Shown here piece after piece: positions 1 to 8,983 of a DNA stretch of 64,000 bases. The DNA comes from an uncultured Eubacteriales bacterium (GTDB lineage: Bacteria > Bacillota > Clostridia > TANB77 > CAG-508). Made by a program: the position numbers and the translations under genes. The notes below the pieces were generated by a model. The model was not told where the DNA came from and made no database searches. It worked only from the letters and a program-made list of their open reading frames with translations. The stretch covers positions 19,070 through 83,069 of the forward strand of contig CASFHP010000001.1 in the NCBI GenBank assembly GCA_949294555.1. The letters are read 5' to 3'. Within the stretch, counting starts at the first letter, position 1; each line of letters starts with the position of its first letter.

Positions 1-1042
1 AAAGCACTTATTTCAGCAATTATTGCAGGTGGATGGGTGGCAATTGTAATAATTATAGTTATTTGTTTAATTGCAATGTTGTGTACCTCTATTTTTGGCA
101 TATTTTTTTCCAATGAAGATGAAGTAGGCGAAATGAATATGAGTTCTGTTATAAGAGAACTAAACACAGAATTTACAAATAGAATAACAGAAATTCAAAA
201 AAATACAGGACACGACGAATTTGAAATAAATTCAAATAAAGCACAATGGAAAGATATACTTTCACTATATACAGTTATTATAAGCAATGGAGAGGAACAG
301 ACAGAAGTTGTTACATTAGATGACAATAAAATTAACAAACTGAAGGAAATATTTTGGCAAATGAATACAATAAATTCTAGAGTAGATGAAATAGAAAAAG
401 AGTATGAAATAACAGACGAAAACGGAAATACAAAAATAGAAAAGAAGAAAATAAAAATGTTACATATTGATGTAACAAGTAAAGCATTACAAGAGATGAT
501 TGAATTATATAATTTGAATCCGAAACAAAAAGAACAGTTAGCAGAACTTCAAAAAGAAGAATATAACTCAATGTGGTCATATATGCTAGCAGGAGCAACA
601 GGAGGTAGTAATGATATTGTAGAAGTAGCAAAACAATATATAGGAAATGTAGGAGGACAGACATTTTGGTCTTGGTATGGTTTTAGTAATAGAGTTGAAT
701 GGTGTGCTTGTTTTGTAAGTTTCTGTGCTAATGAATGTGGATATATTGAGGCAGGAATAATACCAAAATTCGCTAACTGTCAAAGTGAGGGTGTGGCTTG
801 GTTTCAAACTTGTGGATTATGGCAAGATAGAAGTTATACACCAAAAGCACGGAGATATAATATTTTTCGATTGGGCAGATAGTAATGATGGAAAAGCAGA
901 CCATGTAGGAATTGTAGATAGAGTAGAAAATAACAAAGTTTATACTATTGAGGGTAATACAAGTGGAGATATGTGTAAACAAAATGTGTATGATATTGGA
1001 AGTAGTGTGATTTTAGGATACGGAACACCTGCATATCAGTAA
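1..1042 (+). pseudogene. CHAP/NlpC-P60-type cell-wall hydrolase of a conjugative element (Tn916 Orf14-like), 5'-partial and frameshifted
   Basis: The frame is open from base 1 (TM helix AGGWVAIVIIIVICLIAML). ORFs 37..882 and 785..1042 are two halves of one CHAP domain (..VEWCACFVSFCANECGY.. then ..GDIIFFDWADSNDGKADHVGIVD..YTIEGNTS..). A +1 shift near 848-852 joins them. Confidence 0.7.
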
Positions 1043-1056
1043 AGGAATGATATAGT

Positions 1057-1245
1057 ATGAAAATAGATAAATTTTATGTAGTAAAATTAAAAGATAATAA
1101 CAAAGCTATTATTTTAACAAAAGATAAAAGAAATCGATATTTAGCTGAAATAATAGACAAAAAAGGGATGACAGTAGATAAACGAATAATCACAAAAGAT
1201 GAAATAAATAGAGTTATTTATAGTAAAAAAGAAAAAATGAAATAA
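1057..1245 (+). CDS. hypothetical small protein (62 aa)
   Basis: ORF begins 15 nt after the hydrolase stop and is followed by a hairpin terminator. No motif recognised. Confidence 0.4.
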   Translation: MKIDKFYVVKLKDNNKAIILTKDKRNRYLAEIIDKKGMTVDKRIITKDEINRVIYSKKEKMK

Positions 1246-1248
1246 AAA

Positions 1249-1282
1249 ATGGTACTAGCTATAAATTGTTAGTACCATTTCT
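1249..1282 (+). terminator. intrinsic terminator-like hairpin
   Basis: ATGGTACT (1249-1256) pairs with AGTACCAT (1271-1278), followed by TTTCT. Confidence 0.5.
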
Positions 1283-1405
1283 GACAATTATGTGAAGGTT
1301 TTAGAAAAACTAGAAAATATTAGATTCCATTAATGAGAGTATAGAAAAAGTTGTGTAAATAAATCCTTCCGTGATAAAATAAAAATATCAAGGAGGGATT
1401 TTTCT

Positions 1406-2071
1406 ATGGGTAAAAAAGTAGAAAAAGAAAAAAATGAATTAGTAGAGGAATTTTTTAGAAGGAATGATCCAAAGAACATTAAATCCATGAGCGATATGTA
1501 TGCTGCATGGAAGGATTTCTTTGCTCCTGCTTTTCAACAATTGCTAGACGCAGAAATGGAGGCTAAAATTGGTTATTCGAAAAATGAAAGAACGGACAAC
1601 AATAATTATCGAAATGGATATTATCCAGAAAGAACTGTAGCAACAGAAATGGGAGACATTCCAGTAAAAGTACCTAGAGATAGAAATGGAGAAATTGACT
1701 CTGACTTAGTTCCTAAATACTCACGAACGGCTAATGGATTTGATGAAAAAGTAATATCCATGTATGCATTAGGAATGTCTGATAAAGACATTCAAGAACA
1801 AATACAAGAAATATTTGGATGCAATCTTTCATCAGATATGATAAGCGATATAACAGATAAAATCATACCAGAAATACAAGAATGGCAAAAAAGAAAATTG
1901 GATAGTGTTTATCCTATCATATTCATTGATGCAACACATTTTCATGTAAGAGATAATGGGCAAATAGTAAAGAAAGCAGCCTATGTAGTGCTAGGAATAG
2001 ATAAAGACGGTATGAAAAAAGTTTTAACAATAACAATAGGAGAAAATGAAAGTGCAAAATATTGGATGACA
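1406..2071 (+). CDS. IS256-family (Mutator-type) transposase, exon 1, interrupted by a group II intron
   Basis: Typical IS256 Tnp N-terminal half (..FQQLLDAEMEAKIGYSKNER..YRNGYY..DIPVKVPRDRNGE..KVISMYALGMSDKDIQE..YPIIFIDATHF..AYVVLGIDKDGMKKVL..ESAKYWMT). The tracked ORF then runs into intron sequence, which starts GTGCG at 2072. Confidence 0.8.
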
Positions 2072-3940
2072 GTGCGCCACGAATGTACAACAAGTAAGAT
2101 AAAATTACTTGAAAGATACAGTAATTGTATAGATGATGGTAGTAGGTCTACCGAAAACGTCATACAGGTGGAGTTTTCAAACCACTCTAAGGTGCTGTAT
2201 TCAAAAGATATGGTATTGAGCGTTAGAGAAAAGGCAACAAAAGTTGTCAGGTGGGTATTAAGGAGATGAATGAGCAAGTGAACCACTTACGAAAGCATCG
2301 AAAAGTATAGATTTCATCAAAACCAGGGGGTTGTCGTTAATCTGGGATAAGTCTAGTGGAAACCTGTTTACTGACTAGATGGTGAACGGTGCAGAGGTGG
2401 CATGAACTTAATACAGGCATTTATACGAAACGTGGGAACCTACGGGCTAATGATAAGGGAGAATATCAAGTGGAAGAACCATAAGATAAGAGTACCAATG
2501 TAGTCATAGGGGCAGATTAAATCGTAGTAGTGAAGAAGCTTCTGTAATGGAAGTGGAGCGAAGGGTTTAAAATTACTAGTTTAAGAAATAAGTCAACTTT
2601 GAAAGGAGGAGGAGCTTATGGAAGAAACAAAGCCGTTTAAAATTTCAAAACAAATAGTCAAAATATCATTCGAAAGAGTAAGAGCAAACAAAGGAACATA
2701 TGGAATTGATGAACAGTCAATAACAGATTTTGAAATAAATTTGAAAGATAATTTATATAAAATATGGAACAGAATGTCATCAGGAACATATTTTCCAAAA
2801 CCAGTAAAAGCAGTAGCAATACCTAAGAAGAATGGTGGAACTAGAATACTAGGAATACCAACGGTTGAAGATAGGGTAGCGCAGATGGTAGCTAAAATAT
2901 ACTTTGAGCCAAATGTGGAGAAAATATTCTATGAAGATTCTTGTGGCTATAGACCAAATAAGTCAGCAATACAGGCAGTTGGAGTATTAAGAGAAAGATG
3001 CTGGCGAAAAGATTGGGTGGTTGATTTTGATATCAAAGGATTGTTTGATAATATAAGGCACGATTACTTAATTGAAATGGTTAAAAGACATACAAATGAG
3101 CAATGGATAATTCTATACATAGAAAGATGGCTAAAAACACCATTTAAAATGCAAGATGGAACAATAGTTGAAAGACCAGCAGGAACACCGCAAGGAGGAG
3201 TAATAAGTCCAGTATTGGCAAATTTATTTATGCACTATGTATTTGATGACTTTATGAGTAAAAAGTTTCCTAATATACCTTGGGTAAGATATGCAGATGA
3301 CGGAGTTTTAAATTGTGTGTCAATTAAGCAAGCAAAATATATAATTAAAGTTTTAGATAAAAGATTTAAACTTTTCGGCTTAGAATTAAATTTAGACAAA
3401 ACTAAAATTGTGTACTGCAAGGATGAAGATAGACAGGGAGATTATGAAAATACGAGTTTTGACTTTCTAGGATATACATTTAAAACAAGAGGAGCAAAGA
3501 ACAAATATGGAAGATTATTTAGAAATTTCTTACCAGCAATGAGTGATAAAGCACAAAAAGAGATAATAAAAGAGATAAGAAGTTGGAAACTACAATTAAA
3601 GTCAGATAAAACAATAAATGACATAGCGAATATGTTTAATAGCAAAATACAAGGGTGGATAAATTATTACACACATTATTATAAATCTGGAATAACCAAA
3701 GTATTAAGATATATAAATAGATGTTTAATAAAATGGGCAAGAAGAAAGTATAAGAAGCTAAAATCAAACAAAAGAGCAGTAAACTGGTTAATGACAATAG
3801 CACAAAGAGAACCAAAATTATTTGCACATTGGAAATTTGGAATTATGCCAACGGTATGGTAATTGGGAGCTGTATGATGGGAGACTATCACGTACAGTTC
3901 TGAGAGAGGCTTGAGGGGAGGTTCCTCTTGCCTACTCACT
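2072..3940 (+). mobile_element. Bacterial group II intron (~1.87 kb) in sense orientation inside the transposase gene
   Basis: 5' GTGCG at 2072. Domain V-like GAGCTGTATGATGGGAGACTATCACGTACAGTTC at 3867-3900, followed by a short domain VI. RT/maturase ORF sits in domain IV. Joining 2071 to 3941 restores ..YWMT-VLNELKNRGVQDIL.., the conserved IS256 Tnp sequence. The exact 3' boundary is uncertain by 1-2 nt. Confidence 0.85.
2618..3862 (+). CDS. group II intron reverse transcriptase/maturase (414 aa, no obvious HNH endonuclease domain)
   Basis: RT motifs: IPKKNGGTRILGIPTVEDRVAQ, GTPQGGVISPVLANLFMHYVFD, YADDGVL. Maturase X-like C-terminus (GWINYYTHYY). RBS AGGAGGAGG lies upstream. Confidence 0.9.
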   Translation: MEETKPFKISKQIVKISFERVRANKGTYGIDEQSITDFEINLKDNLYKIWNRMSSGTYFPKPVKAVAIPKKNGGTRILGIPTVEDRVAQMVAKIYFEPNVEKIFYEDSCGYRPNKSAIQAVGVLRERCWRKDWVVDFDIKGLFDNIRHDYLIEMVKRHTNEQWIILYIERWLKTPFKMQDGTIVERPAGTPQGGVISPVLANLFMHYVFDDFMSKKFPNIPWVRYADDGVLNCVSIKQAKYIIKVLDKRFKLFGLELNLDKTKIVYCKDEDRQGDYENTSFDFLGYTFKTRGAKNKYGRLFRNFLPAMSDKAQKEIIKEIRSWKLQLKSDKTINDIANMFNSKIQGWINYYTHYYKSGITKVLRYINRCLIKWARRKYKKLKSNKRAVNWLMTIAQREPKLFAHWKFGIMPTVW

Positions 3941-4498
3941 GTATTAAATGAACTAAAAAATCGAGGAGTACAAGATATCTTAGTATTATGTGCTGATGGA
4001 TTAACAGGGCTAAAGGATGCAATATCTGCAATTTATCCTAAAACAGAATATCAAAGATGTATTGTACATCAAATAAGAAACTCTTTAAAGTATGTTCCAT
4101 ACACAGACAGAAAAGAATTAGCCAATGATTTAAAAACTGTTTACAAAGCAAATACAGAAGAATTAGGCTATACAAATTTATTAGAGTTAGAAGAGAAATG
4201 GAAAAACAAATATCCTGGTGCAATACAAAGTTGGATAGACAATTGGGATGTATTGTCCGTATTTTTCAAATTTTCACCAGAGATAAGAAAAATCATGTAT
4301 ACAACGAATGCAATAGAAAGCTTAAATAGTACATACAAAAGGATTAATAGAAATAGAAATGTTTTTCCAACAGACATGTCTTTATTAAAAGTTCTTTATC
4401 TATCAACAATAAAAGCAGAGAAAAAATGGTCTAGAATGGTAGATAAATGGGATTTATGTTTATCGCAATTTAAGATTATGTATGAAGGAAGAATATAA
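3941..4498 (+). CDS. IS256-family transposase, exon 2
   Basis: LNELKNRGVQDILVLCADGLTGLKDAISAIYPKTEYQRCIVHQIRNSLKYV..YTTNAIESLNSTYKR is the conserved IS256 Tnp C-terminal half. The two exons together give about 407 aa. Confidence 0.8.
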   Translation, partial: VLNELKNRGVQDILVLCADGLTGLKDAISAIYPKTEYQRCIVHQIRNSLKYVPYTDRKELANDLKTVYKANTEELGYTNLLELEEKWKNKYPGAIQSWIDNWDVLSVFFKFSPEIRKIMYTTNAIESLNSTYKRINRNRNVFPTDMSLLKVLYLSTIKAEKKWSRMVDKWDLCLSQFKIMYEGRI

Positions 4499-4673
4499 AT
4501 AAAAGCCTAAAAATAATAGGCTTAAGAAGCAGTTTTCTTAAGTCCTATTAAATTTACACAACTTTTTCTAAAGTATTGATTTTTTAGAAAAGTTCAATTA
4601 AAATAAAATTAATTATAAAATTATTAATTTTTTCTAAGTTATCAATCGGAAGGAAATCCGATTTACACAACTT

Positions 4674-4946
4674 TTACGATAGTCTCCCATTAATATTTTT
4701 TATAAAGTCTTTTAATAAATCATCTGTTTTAACACCAAGAGATATTGCAATGGAAGATAATTCATAATCTCTAACAGACCTTTTATTTTGTTCTATTCTA
4801 TATAAAGATTGTTTTGAAATATCAACCCCCATCAGCATTAGTTTATTTGATAAAGCAGATAGGGAGATATTTTTATTTTTTCTTAATTCTTTTAAATTAT
4901 CAGCAATAACATTTAATTTATTTTCATATTTTTTATGCAAACTCAT
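4674..4946 (-). CDS. XRE-family helix-turn-helix transcriptional regulator (90 aa)
   Basis: LKELRKNKNISLSALSNKLMLMGVDISKQSLYRIEQNKRSVRDYEL is a Cro/C1-type HTH. The stop codon abuts or overlaps the outer IS inverted-repeat copy. Confidence 0.75.
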   Translation of the reverse strand: MSLHKKYENKLNVIADNLKELRKNKNISLSALSNKLMLMGVDISKQSLYRIEQNKRSVRDYELSSIAISLGVKTDDLLKDFIKNINGRLS

Positions 4947-4991
4947 AATTAACCATCCTTTTTTTTATTGTATAATAGTTTGAAAAATAAC

Positions 4992-5015
4992 TTGTAAACA
5001 CCGTAATGTTTACAA
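4992..5015. promoter_or_regulatory. perfect palindrome TTGTAAACA-N6-TGTTTACAA, candidate operator
   Basis: Read directly. Lies between the divergent XRE gene and the 5156 gene, just upstream of the -35. A related palindrome lies at 8832-8855. Confidence 0.45.
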
Positions 5016-5031
5016 TAATAAGAAAAAATTA

Positions 5032-5060
5032 TTGAAATGTTTTATTCAGTGTGTTATAAT
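5032..5060 (+). promoter_or_regulatory. sigma-A-type promoter (TTGAAA-17-TATAAT)
   Basis: TTGAAA at 5032-5037, 17-nt spacer, TATAAT at 5055-5060, about 95 nt upstream of the 5156 start. Confidence 0.55.
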
Positions 5061-5155
5061 AGAAAACAGTAATTATTAAACTGATGAATAACCTAATAAT
5101 AAGAATCACATAAGAGAATGAGAATAGAACTATATGGAATGGAGAATATAAAATT

Positions 5156-6049
5156 ATGATAAGACTAAACGAAACAGAGGAAATAATAAGGTTAATTCAT
5201 AAAGGATTTGATTTAGAACTATTGTCTTTTGAATTAGATGTTCCAATTGAACAGTTAGAAGAAGATAAAAAAAGATTAGAACTTCGACAATTTGCAAAGG
5301 AATCAATAAATAATGGCAAAATTGCAGAAGCTGTCAATAGATTAAATGATTTTGTTAAGAATACAGACAATGGCATTATAGAAAAAACAATGTTATTAAA
5401 GTTAGAGGCATATGCTAATAGGACAAATATTAGTGAAGAAAATTTGCAAAAGATAGAAGAAGAAAGAAAAAGATTAGGGTTGTTTAGTAATATAGATAAA
5501 GTATTAGAAGAATTACAAGTACAAATTCCTAAAAGGAAAAGAAGTAATATTAGAAAAAAAGAGAAACAGAATATGGGGGAACAACCAAGCCAAGAAGAAT
5601 ATGTAGAAGAAGTACAAGAAGAAACAGTTAAGCCAGATTATGAAGAAATAATAAATAAATATAAGACTGAAATCGAGTCTAATTCACAGAATACACAAGA
5701 AAAAAGAAATTTATTAGCATTTGCATATTTTAGAGCAGGAAGAATAGATGAAGCAAGAGATGAATTGATGACCTTAATAGAAGAAACAAATAGTTATATG
5801 GCATATAGACAGTTAGTACATATTGAAAAGGTAGAAGGAAATTTTGAAGACGCAAAATTATGGGCTTATGAAGCACTTGATAAATTTCCTAATAGTATTG
5901 AGATTCGAGAGCAACTAATATCAATAGCAAGAATAGAAAAAGATGACCAAGAAATAATAAAACAATTAAAAGATATTATTAGTATAGAACCAGAGAGTGA
6001 AAAAAACAGAAAGAGATTACAATCAATGATAGATAAAGGGGAAAGATAG
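5156..6049 (+). CDS. hypothetical protein with a conserved HTH-like N-terminal module and TPR-like C-terminus (297 aa)
   Basis: N-terminus MIRLNETEEIIRLIHKGFDLELLSFELDVPIEQLEEDKK is paralogous to the N-terminus of the 8984 gene. C-terminus has TPR-like helices (AFAYFRAGRIDEARDEL..EGNFEDAKLWAYEALDKFP). Confidence 0.6.
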   Translation: MIRLNETEEIIRLIHKGFDLELLSFELDVPIEQLEEDKKRLELRQFAKESINNGKIAEAVNRLNDFVKNTDNGIIEKTMLLKLEAYANRTNISEENLQKIEEERKRLGLFSNIDKVLEELQVQIPKRKRSNIRKKEKQNMGEQPSQEEYVEEVQEETVKPDYEEIINKYKTEIESNSQNTQEKRNLLAFAYFRAGRIDEARDELMTLIEETNSYMAYRQLVHIEKVEGNFEDAKLWAYEALDKFPNSIEIREQLISIARIEKDDQEIIKQLKDIISIEPESEKNRKRLQSMIDKGER

Positions 6050-6249
6050 TTATAATAGTGTGATTATAGCTATCTTTTAACATATGTTGAAAATTATGTA
6101 AAATTATAGTATAATATAAGATGTATTGGAATATTTCCAAGTATTTATTGTATTTTAGCAATTCTTTTAATTTGCTAAATATCAAAAAATTGTGGAAATA
6201 CCAAGATACATTTGTACCTATTAAACTTTTTAACAATGAAAGGAGAAAC

Positions 6250-7758
6250 ATGATGAGTAAGTTTTGGGCAAAGGTAAAGTTTAAACAGGAAAAAAATGCT
6301 GAACACTTAATTAGGGCATTTTTCCAGAACTTTAATCCTGAAAGTAGTATTGTAGTAAGAGGCACGGAGGCAAAACTGGAAATTATTTTTCGGGAGCCTC
6401 CTATGGCAATTGTCGATGCAATAAACCATTGCGAAATCATTGAGCTGAACTACGGTAAGAACTTAAAAGAGTACGAAGAAGATGAAACCGTGCAGGTTGA
6501 AACTGAATTTGACTCTGAACAGGAAAGTGAAGAGAATGAAAACTCTGAGCAGACCGAACAGGAAAGCGAAGAGAATGAAAATTCTGAACAGACCGAACAG
6601 GAAAGTGAAGAGATTGAAAACTCTGAACAGACCGAACAGGAAAGTGAAGAGAATGAAAACTCTGAGCAGACCGAACAGGAAAGCGAAGAGAATGAAAATT
6701 CTGAACAGACCGAACAGGAAAGTGAAGAGAATGAAAACTCTGAGCAGACCGAACAGGAAAGTGAAGAGAGTGAAAACTCTGAACAGACCGAACAGGAAAG
6801 TGAAGAGAATGAAAACTCTGAGCAGACCGAACAGGAAAGCGAAGAGATTGAAAACTCTGAACAGACTGAAAAAACTAGAAAGAAAAATGGCAGACCAGCT
6901 ACCAAAAAGAAAGAAGCTACAAAGACAGAAAGTAAAATTATTAACATTCCAGAATTAAAAGAAATTGCTGAAAAAGCAACTTCATTTGATAATTTTGCAG
7001 AATTGATAGCAAAATGGCTGGAAATGGATAAAAGGCAGGAATTCTTTAAAAATTTAATAATCGTATCAGCTGATGTTGATAAGATTACATGGAAAGAATT
7101 AGAAAAGGCTTTAAAGAATAATAATATTGCTTATACACAGTGGGATAAAATTTGGTCTGGTCAGCAGGTTTCTGAAAAACTTAAAGAAAAATCTGTAACA
7201 ATGTTGCCTCTTTTGAATGCAATCGTAGAGTATAAAGGGTATTCTTTTAAACAAAAAGAAGAACAATCCGAAAAAGAAAAATCTACTGAACAATCTACAG
7301 AAGAAGCAACAGAAAATGCTGAAGAAAATTCAGAAGAGGCTAATGAAACCGTTTTTTCAAGACCAAGAGTAAAAATGGAATGTATGCCTGAGATTAAGGA
7401 TTTTGAGGAAACTTTAGCAAGTGTTGATAAGACACAGCCTGTTGAAGAAAGAGTTCGATATGTTCTGGAAGCTATGGGATTAAGCGAGTTGCCTGCTAAA
7501 GAGCAAAAACAGATTATTGAAATCGCAAGTACAGCTGTTAGAAAGGGAAGAATGGCTTTTGACATTATTTTTGTTGAGGCAAAGATTCCTATTGAACAGA
7601 CAATGACAGCTCGTATGACATTCTCGAAGTTTGTCAATGATTTTGTGCAGAAATATGAAAGTGATAGAAAAGTAAAACTTTTGACATTCCTTTCAGAATT
7701 GCAGAAAATTATTATGTTTGAGAGTGAAATAGAAAATTTCTCAGACTTTACCGACTGA
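6250..7758 (+). CDS. acidic tandem-repeat protein (about 502 aa), function unknown
   Basis: Start chosen at ATGATG after RBS AGGAGA; the tracked ORF start at 6121 has no RBS. Contains about nine SEQTEQESEENEN repeats, a basic patch (TRKKNGRPATKKKEATK) and a second acidic stretch. Followed by a strong terminator. Confidence 0.7.
   Translation: MMSKFWAKVKFKQEKNAEHLIRAFFQNFNPESSIVVRGTEAKLEIIFREPPMAIVDAINHCEIIELNYGKNLKEYEEDETVQVETEFDSEQESEENENSEQTEQESEENENSEQTEQESEEIENSEQTEQESEENENSEQTEQESEENENSEQTEQESEENENSEQTEQESEESENSEQTEQESEENENSEQTEQESEEIENSEQTEKTRKKNGRPATKKKEATKTESKIINIPELKEIAEKATSFDNFAELIAKWLEMDKRQEFFKNLIIVSADVDKITWKELEKALKNNNIAYTQWDKIWSGQQVSEKLKEKSVTMLPLLNAIVEYKGYSFKQKEEQSEKEKSTEQSTEEATENAEENSEEANETVFSRPRVKMECMPEIKDFEETLASVDKTQPVEERVRYVLEAMGLSELPAKEQKQIIEIASTAVRKGRMAFDIIFVEAKIPIEQTMTARMTFSKFVNDFVQKYESDRKVKLLTFLSELQKIIMFESEIENFSDFTD
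6514..6869 (+). repeat. about 9 tandem copies of a 39-bp in-frame coding repeat
   Basis: Unit TCTGAGCAGACCGAACAGGAAAGCGAAGAGAATGAAAAT with a few point variants (ENEN/EIEN/ESEN). No spacers, so it is not CRISPR. Confidence 0.9.
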
Positions 7759-7780
7759 TGTTAAAAAATCTTGGTATTAA

Positions 7781-7823
7781 GGCAAAACACCACTAGATGT
7801 ATCTGGTGGTGTTTTGCCGTTTT
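7781..7823 (+). terminator. rho-independent terminator
   Basis: GGCAAAACACCAC..GTGGTGTTTTGCC stem followed by GTTTT. Confidence 0.75.
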
Positions 7824-7998
7824 ACATAACTTTACAAAATTGTAAATAAATGATATAATAAATGTATTGTTTATATATATAAAGATGAAGAATTTATTTC
7901 TTAATTTGAACATACACAGAATTTTGTATGTAAACAATTTAGAATATTCTTCTACTTAATGTACTATAAACAAAAAAATAAACAGGAGGAAAAGTACA

Positions 7999-8739
7999 AT
8001 GTCAGATGAAACAGGAGTAGCAAGACGGGAAAACAATGTCATAACAAGACGAGAGGAAAACTCACTTACAGAAAAACTTTTTAGTGAGTTTAACAAAGTA
8101 TTTGTTAGTGGCAGGATTGAGGCTGAATTTGATTTCAGTCATGAGGTACTGTGGGAAAAATTCTATCGGACAAGAGTCAGAGTAGAAAGATTAAGTGGGA
8201 CAGAAGATTTAGTTCCAATAGTAGTATCTGATTTACTGATAGGACGAGAAAGGATGAAGACATCACTCGAAGGTAAATGGGTGGAAGTAGCAGGACAGTT
8301 CAGGTCTTATAACAAATTAGGTGAAGATGGTCGAAAACATTTAGATTTATTTTTGTTTGTAACGGCAATTAACATCTATGATGATGAAGATGAACTGGAA
8401 GAAGTTACAAATGCAAACTTAATTTATCTTGATGGATATCTTTGCAAACCACCAGTATTTAGAAAGACACCTTTAGGAAGACAGATAACAGATTTGCTTA
8501 TTGCAGTCAACAGACCGTATGGAAAATCGGATTATATTCCGTGTATTGCATGGGGAAGGGTTGCTCAATGGGCAAGCGAATTTGAAGTAGGAAACCGAGT
8601 GAAACTCTATGGAAGAGTCCAAAGCAGAGAGTATTTTAAAAGATTTTCGAAAGATACAGAGGCAGGAGAATACAGAGATGCCTATGAGATTTCAGTAATG
8701 AGAATGCAAAAAGTAGAGGACTTGAGATTAGAGGGATAA
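7999..8739 (+). CDS. single-stranded DNA-binding protein-like protein with two OB-fold-like halves (246 aa)
   Basis: Two SSB-like segments (VFVSGRIEAEFDFSHE..VRVERLSGTEDLVPIVV..VEVAGQFRSYN, and IYLDGYLCKPPVFRKTPLGRQITDLLIAVNR..IPCIAWGRVAQWA..VGNRVKLYGRVQSREY). This kind of protein is typical of Firmicute ICE SSB-like genes. Call is by resemblance only. Confidence 0.55.
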   Translation: MSDETGVARRENNVITRREENSLTEKLFSEFNKVFVSGRIEAEFDFSHEVLWEKFYRTRVRVERLSGTEDLVPIVVSDLLIGRERMKTSLEGKWVEVAGQFRSYNKLGEDGRKHLDLFLFVTAINIYDDEDELEEVTNANLIYLDGYLCKPPVFRKTPLGRQITDLLIAVNRPYGKSDYIPCIAWGRVAQWASEFEVGNRVKLYGRVQSREYFKRFSKDTEAGEYRDAYEISVMRMQKVEDLRLEG

Positions 8740-8770
8740 AATCTGACGGTAGAAGAAATTTTCTAAAGAG

Positions 8771-8806
8771 AAAGAGGGGAGCAAATGCCAATGCTCCCCT
8801 CTTTCA
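8771..8806 (+). terminator. terminator-like hairpin
   Basis: AGAGGGGAGC (8773-8782) pairs with GCTCCCCTCT (8793-8802). The U-tail is weak. Confidence 0.55.
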
Positions 8807-8831
8807 AAAAATAGAGAAGATTATATTTATA

Positions 8832-8855
8832 TCATAAACATTATAATGTTTATGA
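8832..8855. promoter_or_regulatory. palindrome TCATAAACAT-TATA-ATGTTTATGA, candidate operator
   Basis: Read directly. Shares the TAAACA/TGTTTA half-sites with the 4992-5015 palindrome and occupies the same position relative to a near-identical promoter. Confidence 0.45.
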
Positions 8856-8862
8856 CAAGATA

Positions 8863-8891
8863 TTGAAAAATCAATAAGTTTATGCTATAAT
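8863..8891 (+). promoter_or_regulatory. sigma-A-type promoter (TTGAAA-17-TATAAT)
   Basis: TTGAAA at 8863-8868, 17-nt spacer, TATAAT at 8886-8891, about 93 nt upstream of the 8984 start. Confidence 0.55.
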
Positions 8892-8983
8892 TTCAATAAA
8901 TTTATGATATTAACAAAAGATATATTCTAAATGCACATAGATAAAATTTGATAAAAAAGCAAAAAATAAGGAAAAGTGGTAAT

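Larger units (their letters stand above)
1343..4676 (+). mobile_element. IS256-family insertion sequence carrying a group II intron; right end ambiguous (4569 or ~4676)
   Basis: AGAAAAAGTTGTGTAAAT at 1343-1360 recurs as a perfect reverse complement at 4552-4569. A second partial copy lies at 4661-4675, with flanking CGGAAGGAAATCCG resembling the inward sequence AAATCCTTCCG at 1361-1371. Length minus the intron is about 1.36-1.46 kb, typical for IS256. It encodes a Mutator/IS256-type transposase. Confidence 0.65.

Noticed and set aside
2618-3862. Reverse transcriptase as a retron, DGR or defence-associated RT
   Set aside because: The RT sits between a GTGCG 5' end and a canonical domain V/VI, and has a maturase X domain. 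Removing it restores the host transposase frame, so it is an ordinary group II intron IEP. No msr/msd-like or TR/VR repeats were seen.
6121-6249. N-terminal extensions of tracked ORFs (6121.., 8948.., 11804.., 13438.., 15004.., 35993.., and others)
   Set aside because: The upstream in-frame starts lack Shine-Dalgarno sequences, and some cross promoters or terminators. Internal ATG/GTG codons with good RBS spacing give proteins that begin at conserved N-termini.
6514-6869. Could the regular 39-bp repeats be a CRISPR array?
   Set aside because: The units are directly contiguous with no spacers, are in frame within a long ORF, and no cas genes are present.
6450-6958. ORFs 6450..6947 (-) and 6482..6958 (+) overlapping the acidic-repeat gene
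   Set aside because: They are alternative-frame and antisense readings of the 39-bp tandem repeat. Their periodic low-complexity translations and lack of an RBS mark them as artefacts of the repeat.
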